NCBI RefSeq assembly: GCF_009914755.1
Contig: NC_060947.1
Direction: 5' to 3' (one strand)
DNA length: 64,000 bases
Source of the DNA: the human T2T-CHM13v2.0 reference genome, Homo sapiens
The stretch's first letter is position 1. The number at the start of each line of letters is the position of its first letter. A model generated the notes under the pieces. The model did no database searches. It was given only the letters and a program-made list of their open reading frames with translations, and was not told the DNA's origin. This document shows, piece by piece, positions 14,630 through 28,900 of this stretch. Made by a program: the position numbers and the translations under genes.

Positions 14630-15122
14630 TTTTGTTTTTGAAAAATAAGCTTTGTGTATATTTGAGGTATATGGCATGATGTTTTATATATATAGTATAA
14701 TGGTTACCATATGAGAACAAATTAACATATCTATCATCCCATTCTTTCCTCTCTGGCAAGAGCAGCTATAATCTACTCAGGAAAAATCCCAAATACAATA
14801 CACTATTATTAGCTATAATCCTCATATTGTACATTCGATCTTTCAACTTGTTCATCCTACATGTTTTTTTATTTTGTACCCTTTAACTGACATCTCCCCA
14901 TTTCTTCCCCCCACCCTGCCACGACCCTCTAGAAAGACTTTTATTCTGTCTCTGTATATTTGACATTTTATTTAAAAAAAGATTCCACATATAAGAGATA
15001 TCGTGCAATATGATTTTTCTTTCTGTGTCTGGCTTATTTCATTTAGCATAATGTCCTCCAGATTCAGCCATGTTGTGGCAAATGGCAGGATCTCTTCCTT
15101 TTTTAAGGCCAAATAATATTTC

Positions 15123-15179
<57 letters not shown>

Positions 15180-15605
15180 CCTTTACCCATTCATCCATTG
15201 ATGGACATCTAAACTGTTTCCATATCTTGCCTATCACGAATAATGTTGCAATGGACATGGGAGTGTAGATATCTTATATTAAGTGGTGATTTCATCTCTT
15301 TTGAGTATATGCCCAGAAGTGGGATTGCTGGCAATTGATGCTGATAATTGATTATGGTAATTACCATAATCATATGGTAATTCTGTTTTTAATTTCTTTA
15401 GGAACCTCTGTAATATTTTTATAATGGCTGAACCAATCTACATTCCCACCACCAGGGTACAAGTGTTTCTTTTTCTCCACACCCTCAGCAACCCTTGTTA
15501 TCTCTTATCTTTTTGATAATAGCTATACTAACAGGTGGGGAGTGGTATCTCATAGTGATTTTGGTTTGCATTTTCCTGATAATTAGTGATGTTAAGCACT
15601 ATTTA
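14630..15605 (-). mobile_element. L1MA (L1MA8/9-like) 3' portion with (CA)n at 15126-15176
   Basis: Antisense L1 3'UTR/ORF2 end; ORF 14972..15190 gives EILPFATTWLNLEDIMLNEISQTQK, the ORF2p C-terminus. Confidence 0.85.
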
Positions 15606-15934
15606 CTCATATTGTTATCCTGGCTGGTGCTTATGTGTTCACCTTCAAAATTCTATCTCTCCTTCAAGGTTTATCTCACATACCTCCCTCAATGATATTT
15701 CCTTTTTCTCAGTCCCCAACTGCCAACACATACTCACACTCACTCACTCATTAACTCACTTATTTATTCAGTATCACAACAGGGTCTCCCCAAAATCTTT
15801 CTACTATCACAGGCTGCCCAAATGATGCACATTATATATGTGAAAGTATTTATGCGTAACCACTTCCACAATTTATCCAACTAAATTTTAAATATCTTGA
15901 AGGGAAGGAATGTACTGTATTATTAATACCTTAT

Positions 15935-16105
15935 GTCCTTGCTATTCAAAGTGTGATCCAAGGCTAAACAGCATTGACATCACCTGGGTGCTCAATAACG
16001 ATGTAAAAATCTCAGGTCCCACCCCAGAACTTTTGAATTAGAATCTACATTTAAAGGATGTGCAGGTGATTTGTATGCACATTAAATCTTGAGAAGCAGT
16101 CTGTA
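15935..16105. mobile_element. MER5A-type hAT element
   Basis: attcaaagtgtgatcc...cagcattgacatcacctggg...ttgagaagcag. Confidence 0.7.
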
Positions 16106-16138
16106 GTACCTAGAACAATGCTTGGCAAATACTAAGTA

Positions 16139-16448
16139 CAGTTATGTGCCGCAGAATGACATTTTGGACAATAATGGACAATATATATGACAGTGGCCCC
16201 ATAAGATTATAATACTGTATTTTACTGTATCTTTTCTATGTTTGAATATGATTAAATAAACATTTATTATACTGTTACAGTTGCCTACAGTATTCAGGAC
16301 AGTACCTACTGTACAGCTTTGTAGCCTGGGTGTATAGTAGGCTACACCATCTAGGTTTGCATAAATGCACTCTAGGATGTTTGCACAATGCTGAAATCAC
16401 TTAAAGATACATTTTTCAGAACGTGGCCCATCAAGTGACACATGATCA
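16139..16448 (+). mobile_element. Tigger3a/MER7A DNA transposon
   Basis: TA-cagttatgtgccgcagaatgac...ccataagattataatactgtatttt...aagtgacacatgat; inverted termini. Confidence 0.8.
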
Positions 16449-17512
16449 TACGTGACGAATATATGTTGACCTGAATCATTTAGAATAGGAAATACAGCAG
16501 AATAGATCTATATTTTTTTCTGACCTTCCTCAGGGATACAGCTCATCAAATTGCATCCTGTATCATTGTGCGGTAAACAATAGGATTCACTGACTCAAGA
16601 TTGAATCAGAAAACAAGAGTAGGTACACAGAGATGATATCAGAAAGTAGGAACACTTCTGTGGAAGAATTTGTAATCTAACTCAGCAGACTAGACAGACT
16701 CACTGAGAAGATAATCTCAGTTTGGAGTGACTAGATAACAACCTTGTTGTAGAACATTTCTGCTGAAATGCAAAGTCCTCACCACCTGTGGGGCAGCAGC
16801 ACTGTGAGGACTGCTCAGTTCCCAAGAATTTCTCTCTCTCCTTATGGAGATTTGGGTTCCTTTATTCTTGAAAATTTAGACATTTTAGTTTGAATCCTAG
16901 GAGAGAAAGACTGGTCAGGAGGAGTATTGCCTAGTGCTGTTAGTCACTTCAATGTAAGTGACCACCTTGAATTAGTGCATAGGTCAGTGAATCATGATTA
17001 TCTGGCAGACATTTTATTATCCCATACTTGATGGTATATTCTGTGTATATAGTCCATTCCCACTTTCACTGACAGGAATTAAATGATCATTTATCAATCA
17101 GAATTTTAAAATATTTATATCACACTTCATTCTGCAGAGGATTTAAGGCCATTTATAACATTTATATATACATGAATCAGATATGGGGGAAATATAAATC
17201 AAAATTTTAAAATATTAAGATTATAGAAAGAACAACACTTGTACCTAGATAAAAAAAGATCAGCAGAATTGTCATAGTTGAATTTCAAATTTGCATCTGA
17301 GCTCCCTGGAAGCTAAAGTGAAAAAGGGAGGCATCAGTTCTACCAGTTGTTTTTGCAAACTCGAATAATGAAAAGTGCCTTTTAAAGGGAAAAATAAACT
17401 ACTACAAAACTTATCTGTTAGCCTACTTTTACTATACTGTTATCATACTATGGAAAAAATAAAAGTGAACACAAACTTCTCATGTCTATGGTCTTAGACC
17501 ACTACAAAACTG

Positions 17513-18621
17513 AATATATATATTATATATTATATATATAACATATAATATAATATATTATATGTTATATATATAACATATATATAATATATTATATGTT
17601 ATATATATAACATATATATCATATATATATGTTATATATATAACATATATATCATATATTATATGTTATATATATAACATATATTATATCATATATATGT
17701 TATATATATAACATATATATCATATATTATATGTTATATATATAACATATATATCATATATTATGTTATATATATAACATATATATGATATATATGTTAT
17801 ATATATAACATATATATCATATATATATGTTATATATATAACATATATATCATATATTATATCACATATATCATATAACATATATCATATATGATATATA
17901 TAACATATATATCATATATCACATATATCATATATCATATATCATATATATCACATATATCATATATCATATATCATATATGATATATATCACATATATA
18001 TCACATATCATATATGATATATATCACATATATATCACATATCATATATGATATATATCACATATATATCACATATCATATATGATATATATCACATATA
18101 TATCACATATCATATATGATATATATCACATATATATCACATATCATATATGATATATATCACATATCATATATGATATATATCACATATCATATATGAT
18201 ATATATCACATATCATATATGATATATATCACATATCATATATGATATATATCACATATCATATGATATATATCACATATGACATATATAACATATATCA
18301 CATATGACATATATAACATATATGTCATATATGACATATATAACATATATGTCATATATGACATATATAACATATATGTCATATATGACATATATAACAT
18401 ATATGTCATATATGACATATATAACATATATATGACATATATGATATATATATTATATATATTATATATATGATATATATATTATATATATTATATATAT
18501 GATATATATATTATATATATTATATATATGATATATATATTATATATATTATATAGTATTATATAATATTATATATGATATATATATTATATATATCATA
18601 TATAATATTATATATATATTT

Positions 18622-18655
<34 letters not shown>
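17513..18655. repeat. AT-rich compound minisatellite, (TA)n-derived array of about 1.14 kb
   Basis: Successive blocks of about 23-32-bp units (atatgttatatatataacatat..., atatcacatatcatatatg..., 27-bp tatgtcatatatgacatatataacata), ending in (TA)n. Confidence 0.95.
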
Positions 18656-19064
18656 AAGCAAAACTACAAAACCAATGACATCCAAAATAATTACATAAAT
18701 TTAATGGACAGATGATGATGTGCTGAAACTAAATTTTGAATGTTGGGCCAAGTAGAGAAAAGATGTATTATCATCCTTTGTTTTCTGCTTGTTTGTGGAC
18801 TTGATCTTTTGGTTTTCTGCATGATGGACCATCATTTGGGTCATCATTGTTATCATGGTCATTATGTTTCTTCTTTAACAAGGAATTCCTTTAACCACCC
18901 AGCCATTTTGTGTTAGGCAAGGAAATTTAACAGTGCATTCAAAAATCTACGATTTACCAAACATAGAATTTAAATTAAAGTTATTCACTGCGTATTTTTT
19001 ACAACTCTTACAGTGAATGAATTTAGAGAGTGGATGGAGTACATATTTTCCAAGTATGCTGCAC

Positions 19065-19276
19065 TATGTGGCATGGCATAATGCTGAAAAGCCAGGGTTT
19101 GAAGTTTCAGGAGTAGGGTTGAATCCTGCCTCTAATATATATAAACAGTGCAACTTTGGGGAAATTACTTAACTTTTCTGGTCCTCTGTTTCATCATCCG
19201 TAAAATGGAGGTAATGATAATACCCTATTATTAAGACTGTTGAAAAGAATGAATGAGATAACGCATGTAACATGCT
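19065..19276 (+). mobile_element. MIR, interrupted by an MLT2 LTR
   Basis: gggttgaatcctgcctct...ttacttaacttttctggtcctctgtttcatcatccgtaaaatgg. Confidence 0.75.
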
Positions 19277-19675
19277 TGTATCAGTGAAGATTTAACCAGA
19301 GACCAGAATCAGCAGGAGATATGTACTAAGAGAGTCACTGCAAGGAATTGGTTTGCGTAACTGTGGGAGTTGGCTAGACAATTCTGAATAAATAGGGCAG
19401 GCTGTTAGGAAGGGCCTGGAACCCTTGGGCATAGGCTGAAGCTATGGCCCATAGACAGCAGAATTTCTTCTTCAGGAAAGCCTCAGTTCTGCTCTTAAGG
19501 CCTTTCACCTAATTGAATCAGGTCCACCTATATTATCTAGGTTAATCTCCTTAAAGTTAAACGATTATGGACTTTAGTCACATCTGCAATACATCTTCAT
19601 GGAATGCATGAGTTAGTGTTTGACTGACTAATTGAGGACTGTAACCTAGCCAAGTCAACATACAAAACTATCACA
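19277..19675 (-). mobile_element. MLT2-family (ERVL) solo LTR
   Basis: TG...CA termini; gcaaggaattgg...ctcttaaggcctttca...tagccaagtcaacatacaaaactatcaca resembles antisense MLT2C/D. Confidence 0.75.
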
Positions 19676-19774
19676 GTGCCCAACATGGAGAATGACTTAT
19701 AGTGACTACTTGGTAGATGATAGACAGCGATACTGTTGGAATGCTGCATGACCATGGGCAAGACATGGAAGTGT

Positions 19775-20206
19775 TTTGAGAAGTAGCCTGGGGTAAAACA
19801 TGAGATTCAGAGTTGGAGAGACCCAAATTCAAATCCTATTATAGCAATTTACTAGCTGGATACATTCAGGCAAATGACATTTCCTCTCAAAGCCCTTGTT
19901 TCCTCATCTGTAAATAAATGTGAGATAGTTAGTACTCCTGACAGCTACCCTGTGAGGTAAGTGTTACATGAGATTAGGCAAAATGCTTGGAATGTATAAT
20001 AATTCAACAATGGTAGAAATTCCACTTTTCCCATTTGTTTTCTTCTTAACCTCTGTGGTCATCTGCCTTCTTATCTATAGCATGAGAAAAAATATAATAC
20101 CTACTGATAGTTTTCTAAGGATTGAATGAAATAATGCATTGGATCTTTAAATGTATATAGTAAGCACTCAATAAATGTTAGTCATAAATATTCATATTAT
20201 TATTCT
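19775..20206 (+). mobile_element. Two MIR fragments; the tail of the second is the pseudogene target site
   Basis: tttcctcatctgtaaa core; atagtaagcactcaataaatgttag 3' end. Confidence 0.7.
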
Positions 20207-20208
20207 CT

Positions 20209-21357
<1,149 letters not shown>

Positions 21358-21769
21358 CATATTACTATTCTCTAACCATCACTTCTTGCAGTTGGGCTTC
21401 CAATAAGCACAGAATAGCAGATAGCTTGAGATTGTCCACTCAGAGGAAGCCTGGAACCAGGGATTTCTATGTTGCTAGTTGAGGGCAGATTCATATGCTT
21501 TAGGGATCTAACCAAAACCTTGTTTTCTTATGTGAAATTGGGTACCTGCCTTCAAAATTGTAGATATTTTACCTCCTTGTATAGTATCTACAGGCAGAGA
21601 CAGATTTTTCCCTTAGGAAGTAGTTAGGAAGTTTCCCTTAGGAAGTACTTCAAGTGAATAAGTTTTTAGGATTAAGTCATGGAAGTTGTATCTCATGAGG
21701 CTCTTCCCAAACTAGGGCACAATTTCCTATTAAAATGAAACCAATATTTTGCAGATTAACCATGCACAC

Positions 21770-23268
21770 CAAACCTGAAACCTCCTTTCCCCTATCCCTT
21801 ATTTCAAACCTATTCCCAACTCTTATTATAGACTCCACCTACAATATATTCTGAATCCAACAATATCTCAGCCCTGCTGCTACCACTGTAGGCCAAATCC
21901 CCATTGCCTCTGACCTAGCTGCTCTCTGCCCTCCACTGTAGCCTCATTCTAATCCATTATTTACAAATCAGCCAGAGGATCCTCTAGAAATGTAAGCCTG
22001 ATCATGTTATTCCCTTCTTTCTGCCCAACAGCCTCTGCAGGTTCCTTACTGCACTTAGGATAAGGGCTAACATCCTTTATGACACACAAGACCCTTCATG
22101 GCCTGGTCTCTGCCAACCTGTAGTGGGCATTGTTGATTTGGAGCAGCTCAGTATTCATTCTTTCTTCCTAACTACATTCCACTTTTCTTTTAGGAAATAA
22201 TTTCTTTCCCATTGGATATAGTCTGGGGGTACCATCAGACAGGCACTCTGTCCTGCCCTAGGTGGGGGCAAGCTCATATTGAAAACAAGACCATTAGGAT
22301 GCTCCAGGAACTGGAGCAGAGGGACAAAGAGGCAGAAATTGGTTAAAGTTGATTCATCCAAGTGGGTAGCACCCAGACTTGGCAATTTGTATGCTGATAC
22401 TCTTCCTGGACTTCCAACTCCCTAGCTCTTTGAAGCTTTCTAAATCCTGTTCATTTGAAAACTTTTCCATCAATCCTTTAAGCTCCCAATATCCTTCCCC
22501 AAACTCTTTCTCCTCTGTCATTTGTGTCACTTTTCTGCTTTCTCACTCTGATCCAGTTATATTGCTTGTATTAGTCTGTTCTCATCCTACTATGAAGAAT
22601 ACCGAGACTGGGTAATTTATAAAGAAAAGAGGTTTAATTGACTCACAGTTCTGCATGGCTGAGGAGGCCTCAGGAAACTTACAATCATGAGAGAAGGGGA
22701 AAAGGCACATCTTACATGGTGGCAGGCAAGAGAAAGCATGTGTGAAAGCAGTAAAAACTATCATCTATAAAACCATCAGATCTTGTGAGAATTCATTCAC
22801 TATCCTGAGAACAGCATGGGGGAAACTGTCCCCATAATCCAATCACTTCCCTCCCTCCATATGTGGGGATTACAATTCAAGATGAGATTTGGGTGGGGAC
22901 ACAGAGCCAAACCATATCAATATGCTACATTACCTTTGCTCAGAATCTTCTTTCCCCACCTACTTTAGTCAGGTACTCACTCTCAAGATCTCAGCTCAAA
23001 GTTATTTCCTTATGATGCCTTCTCTAATTTCCCTCATTAGTTCAAATCCTTCTATTGGAGGTCTTGTGGAACTCTGCTTTTCCTCTATGTAGCTCTTAGT
23101 GCAGCTGTTATTTTACTGAGTTGTGTGAAACTTTGTTTCTCTTGCTCCTAGAATGCTAATTCCAAGAAGGCAGACATTGTATTCATTTTGTTTACTGATG
23201 CACCCTTGGTAGTGGGGCAGTGCCTACCATATACAAGGCTCCCAACAAATATTTGTTAAATAGATGAA
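21770..23268 (+). mobile_element. L2 fragments, interrupted by LTRs
   Basis: cagccagaggatcctctagaaatgtaagcctgatcatgtt; 3' end caacaaatatttgttaaatagatgaa. Confidence 0.65.
22567..22919 (-). mobile_element. THE1D-like MaLR solo LTR
   Basis: tgtattagtctgttctca...gaggcctcaggaaacttacaatcatg...gatttgggtggggacacagagccaaaccatatca. Confidence 0.85.
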
Positions 23269-26200
23269 AGCAAAATTTGTGTGGAAACTTAAGCCAAAAT
23301 ATGATACTTCTAAAACAATTCATGCTTGTTGGCAGTATAGCCATAGGAAAACACAGTCAGGCTTTTCTATAGCCAGGGGTACCTTAGTGGAAAAAATTAA
23401 GACATACTGAAATAGTTGTGACCCACCTCAACAAGACAAATGCTTGGAGATTATGCCTGCAGAAGTCATATTTCTTCATTCATTCATTTACTCATTCTCT
23501 TATTTATTATCTATTCACCCATGTAGTCAACAAAAATGTGTTTAGAACTCAATTACTGGGGCTCCAAAGATGAATAATGAGATCAGATAAGTTTTGAGTT
23601 TTAAATATATGTTTTTTGTTATAAATATAACCAGTTAATATAGAGAAAATATAAGTTAACTAGTTATTTGATGTAGAAATGGATATGCAAATAACTGATA
23701 TTTTTTCCCTAAGATAATTGCCCTCATACAGTCATCAAAATAATGTTCATTGGGTTACTGTTTTTATTTTCACTTTTAAGATGACCTTCCTAATTATTTT
23801 CCCAATATCATGGCTCTTTATCTCAGTATTAGCAGAGACATTTCCATCTTTCATTGCCTGATATCCCCAAGTGTCTCCAACTAGATTGTGGAAAATTGTG
23901 AAGGTTTTTACCATGTTCATGCTACATAACTAATTTTCATTGGCCGTGTTTCTTAAAAAAAAAAACAACACACATACTACATATTTTAAGAGAGGAGATA
24001 AGTAGGACATCAAGTAAAATAACAACAAGATAAAGTTCTGTACTCCAAAAAGATTGGAAATTACTCATGTTATCTTTTAAGAGTCAGCTTCCGTCTATGA
24101 TTTTTCTAGTCTCTCTCTCTCCCTCCCTCCCTCCCACCTTCTCCGTCTCTCCTAGGGTTTTAAAAATGTTCCAGCCCAACTCTGTCCATACACAATGAAC
24201 ATGTTACTCTAAATTCAATAATATTTCAGTTTTTAAAAAAGCATAAGTGATTGCTTCTTTGTTATTAATCACTTGCCCTACTTAATTCATTCATTATACT
24301 CAGAGGCTCTGAGATTAAGCCCCCAGGCTGGAGAGCTTCATATGAATCCTTTCTTTTTTATCTATTCCAAGTTAGATTAAGTCTAGGTCCTGTTTAATGA
24401 GGTGCCACTGCTGGGTTTTCATGCAGAAAGAATTCCTCATCCTCAGTGTTATGTATATACCAAATAAATTATCTTTTATTTCTTGAATCTCTGACTACTG
24501 TTTCCTGTATGAAAGACTGTGATTATGAGCTCCCTGGGATCTGGGCAGCTGGATTTCTTTGATATGGATTTTTTTTCCTTTTCGTCAAAGCCCTATCTTG
24601 TTTTTTTATTATATTTAGGGTGTGTGAGATTATGAAGAGTTTTATAGACAGCACCAAGTGCCATGCCATGATGAATTGAGTCAAGTTATTGAGTTAGGAC
24701 TCCCCATGCTCCAGTCAATTTATATTCTTTGCTATAATCTGTTTATAAATGAGCAAAACTACTTTATGTTTCTGCCACAAATTTTATTGTGTGTGTGTGG
24801 TCACGTATGTTTGTGTGTGTTTTGGTGGGAGGAATTGTTAATGTTTTTATTTTTCATACATGGTTGTGCACACAAATTCAATAATTTAATTTCCCCTTAA
24901 ATACTGCCTTTTCCCAAACATCCAGTTTCCAGATTAAAAAAATGCATATGTAAGAGTGTTTGCAGTGTGCACTACATTCCTTGAAGACTAGTCTCACAAG
25001 GCTCTCTCATCACAACTAAGAGTTGTCATCCTGTCACTACTAAAGTGTTCACTGCTGCTGCTGAGATAATGGTACTGCTTCCCCATGGGCCTGCTTGGAT
25101 AGACTGGGACTCAGCAGCCCCATTGTAAGGTTAGGAAATAGTCAGGGAGGTGAAGAAGACCAACAACAACAACAAGAAAAACAGAACACAAGGGTGGGTG
25201 GTGGAGGTAGAAGGGAGAAGTTCCCATGGAATGCAATAAGACATCAGTACTGCCAGTACATTACCCCCAGTGGCACCATTCCCAGCCCACTGCAGACAAT
25301 CTGGATCCACAAGTCTGCTTTTTGGGACAAATTAATGTGTTTGGTAAGAACTCACTAGCAATGAGGCCAGTGTCTTGGGTAATGTTATCATACGGTCCAC
25401 TTGGCTTTGTATAGAGGAAAAATAGTTTCCACACACTCTTACTGCTGCTAATTACCAACAAAGAAAACCAAGACAGAGAGTAAATGACAGAGTACAGATT
25501 TCTACCAATAACCACAAATCAAATGCTGCAGCAGGTTATATATAATTACAGCCTATCCTTACAAAATCAATTATAAAAGAACAGGTGGATTTTACCAAGC
25601 TTAATATTCTGCTAATTTAGAGCTCTGTAGCAACACCATGCCAGAGCAGTGAATCTCAAACTTTTTCATACCATGCAGCAACAAGAATGCCTATCTGAAC
25701 TCCTTGAATAACCACATGAGTCTGTTCATGATTGGAAGCTACAGATCCGGGGGCTCCAGCTGTCCCAGGTCTCACCCAACCAATATGAGAACTGAAGGAA
25801 TGAATATAGGGCCACCACTGTATCCCACTAGTTAGATGATCTCTGTTCTAGACATTTTCAGCAAAATGGGATTCTACCACTTCATTTTAAAGTCAACTTT
25901 GATGGAATTACTCTAATAAGCACGTTTATCGATTTAAACCCTTGGATATGTATGCACGTGTGTGTGTGTGTATTTCTGTGAAAGCATTTCTATTTTTTTT
26001 TTGTTAAATCATTTCTCTTTCAACTTTATATTTCCAAGACTGAGTCATAAGGCTTATTGCCCCAAGGGAGGAGAGGACAAAACCTGCCCCAAACAAAGAG
26101 GTTGTTGATCAGCTGTAAGTCTTAAAAATTGACTATTTTGAGACCATAGAAAGACCATTGTCTTGAAAAACCAACTCTGTTGACAGATAAAATTATTTGC

Positions 26201-26787
26201 TAATTTTTTTTTATTTCTCATTTAACATATGACAAACTGGGCATAGCTGCCTAGATCATGGAGGTTTACTATATTCTTAAAATAGAGAAAACTCAGGAAG
26301 TGAGAAAAAAAGTTGAAACAGTTTTTTCTGTTCCTAGTTAGTAAAGGAAAAAAGAGAGAAGAGGGAAGGAGAAGGAAGAATTCACATGCTGGAATGTTTC
26401 TTGTCCCTGCTCTTGACATACTTTGGATTGGCCTTGGGACTCTTGCAAAGGCCCGCACAGGACCACATCCAGCATGCTTCAAAAGTAATAATAATACGGG
26501 AGAGCAAAGTAAGGAAGCTGGCCATGTGTGCTGAAGGCAGTGATCAAGTATCCCCATGGACTGGATAAACTGGAAGATTCAACATATCCTGATGAGGGAG
26601 TGAGGAGGGGCTGAAAATGCCTGTAGTTGGAGCAAAATTGTCTCTATGAATGAGGACTTCCAGTCTGAAGAAAAGTGATTAAGACTATGGACCCTAGTGC
26701 TGAGTGTCTGCTGGTTGCCTTGAAAGGTCAGATGGAACTCACTGTACCTTAGATGTCACTAGTCCAGGGGGCAGAATACAGCACGGA

Positions 26788-27100
26788 AGTCTTCCCTTAG
26801 CCATGGTTTCACTTTCTATGGTTTAACTTAGCCACCACCTACCACAGTCTAAAAATATTACAATATTTTGAGAGAGAGAGACCACATTCATATAACTTTT
26901 ATTACAGTATATTATTGTAATTGTTCTACTTTATTATTAGTTATTGTTGTTAATCTCTTAGTGTGCCTAATTTATAAATGAAATGTTATCGTAGGTATAT
27001 ATGCATAAAATGTATTATGTATTGGATTTTATACTATCTGCAGTTTCAGGCATCAACTGGGGGTCATGGAACATAACCCCAGCAGATAAATGGGAACTAT
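26788..27100. mobile_element. MER44A (Tigger family) element
   Basis: gagagagaccacattcatataacttttattacagtatattattgtaattgttct...tttcaggcatcaactgggggtc. Confidence 0.8.
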
Positions 27101-27179
27101 CATAGCTGTTCTGTTACAGACACTAGCTAGGATCTAGGAAACATCATGTGGACTCAGAGACACTATCTCCTCTGCCACC

Positions 27180-27725
27180 TTAGAGCAGATTCTAAGGTGG
27201 CCTTCTATGATTCCCAGCTGCTGGTGGTCACAACCTTGTGTCATCTCCTCTAGTTGATTATGGGCCGTACCTGTGGCTTGCTTTCAACCAATAGAATGTG
27301 CCAAAGGGGATGGGGTGTTTATTCCCATGATCACATTATGTCATATGTCAAATATGAAGGGATCTCACTCCTGTGATTATGTTATATTATACAACACTCT
27401 GTCTTGTTAGCAAACTGTCTCAAGAGTCTCTTATTTTCTGTTGCTGGCTTTGAAGAAGCAAGCTGTCATGAACCCTACTGCCACAGAGAAATGAATTAAT
27501 GTCAACAACCTGAGTGACCTTAAAAGTGGATCTTTCCCCAGTGGAACCTACAGATTAGAACCCAGTCTTGCTCAGTACCCTCATTTATAGCCTTGTGAGA
27601 CCCTGAGCAGAAGGCCAAGTTAAGCTGTGCCCAGCTCTCTGATCCACAGAAACTTTAATACATATGTGTTGTTTTAAGCCACAAAGGTTGTGATAATTTG
27701 TTATGCAGCATAGAAAACAAATATA
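27180..27725 (+). mobile_element. MLT1 (F/G-like) MaLR solo LTR
   Basis: aaccaatagaatgtgccaaagg...ccttgtgagaccctgagcagaag...tgttttaagccac...tttgttatgcagcatagaaaac. Confidence 0.75.
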
Positions 27726-27769
27726 CCTAAGATCACATAAGCCTCGGCCCCCTTGTATACCTGCAGACC

Positions 27770-28107
<338 letters not shown>

Positions 28108-28592
28108 AATACCTGCAGACCACCTTGAAGAAGAGAAGGAGAGGAGGAGAAACTCTGAAAAAGAAAACATTTATCCAACAGAGACTGAATTGAAAAAAGA
28201 CCATTAAAAGCAGAAGACATTGAATTGGACCGGGTTTACTCAACTGCAAGACATTTTTCCTAATATATCCAAGAGTGTGGGGGTTGCCAAGATCATGTGG
28301 ATGTTTTGATAAACTATAGAGAAATAAGGTACTTTTTGTATGTCTGAGTCTAGTAAGAGTAGATTAGTGACACACACACATACCTGCATACACAAATGCT
28401 TCAGACACACTATCGTGGTTATGTTGAAATTTATGTTCGGAGTCATTTTTAGGAGTTTCAATTCTTCTTGGATCCAGACCATTCATGTCTATGATACCTC
28501 TTTACTTTAACCTGATGTTAAATCGAGATCAACTTGTGAACATTGAGGAGAACAAAATACATTAATGAGCCCAATAAAGATCCTGTTTCTTT

Positions 28593-28900
28593 TCTTTTTT
28601 TCTTTTTTTTTTTTTTCCCTGAGGTGGAGTTTTCCCCGTTACCCAGGCCGGAATGCAGTGGCATGCAATCTCGGCTCACTGCAACCTCTGCCTCTGGGGT
28701 TCAAGCAATTATCCTGCCTCGGCCTCCCAAGTAGCTGGGATTACAGGTATGCGACATTACACCTGGCTAATTTTTTTTTTTAGTAGAGACGGGGTTTCAC
28801 CATGTGGGTCAGGCTGGTCTTGAACTCCTGACCTCAAATGATGCACCGCCTTGGCGTCCCAAAATGCTGGGATTATAGGTGTGAGCCACTGCACCCAGCC
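28593..28900 (-). mobile_element. AluS
   Basis: Alu dimer with TSD atcctgtttcttt (28580-28592, 28903-28915). Confidence 0.93.

Noticed and set aside
18236-18473. Repetitive ORFs (MLYMSYMTY)n and (IYDIYNIYV)n
   Set aside because: Translation artefacts of the 27-bp minisatellite unit.
17513-18655. CRISPR-like repeat array
   Set aside because: No unique spacers, eukaryotic context; it is a simple AT-rich minisatellite.
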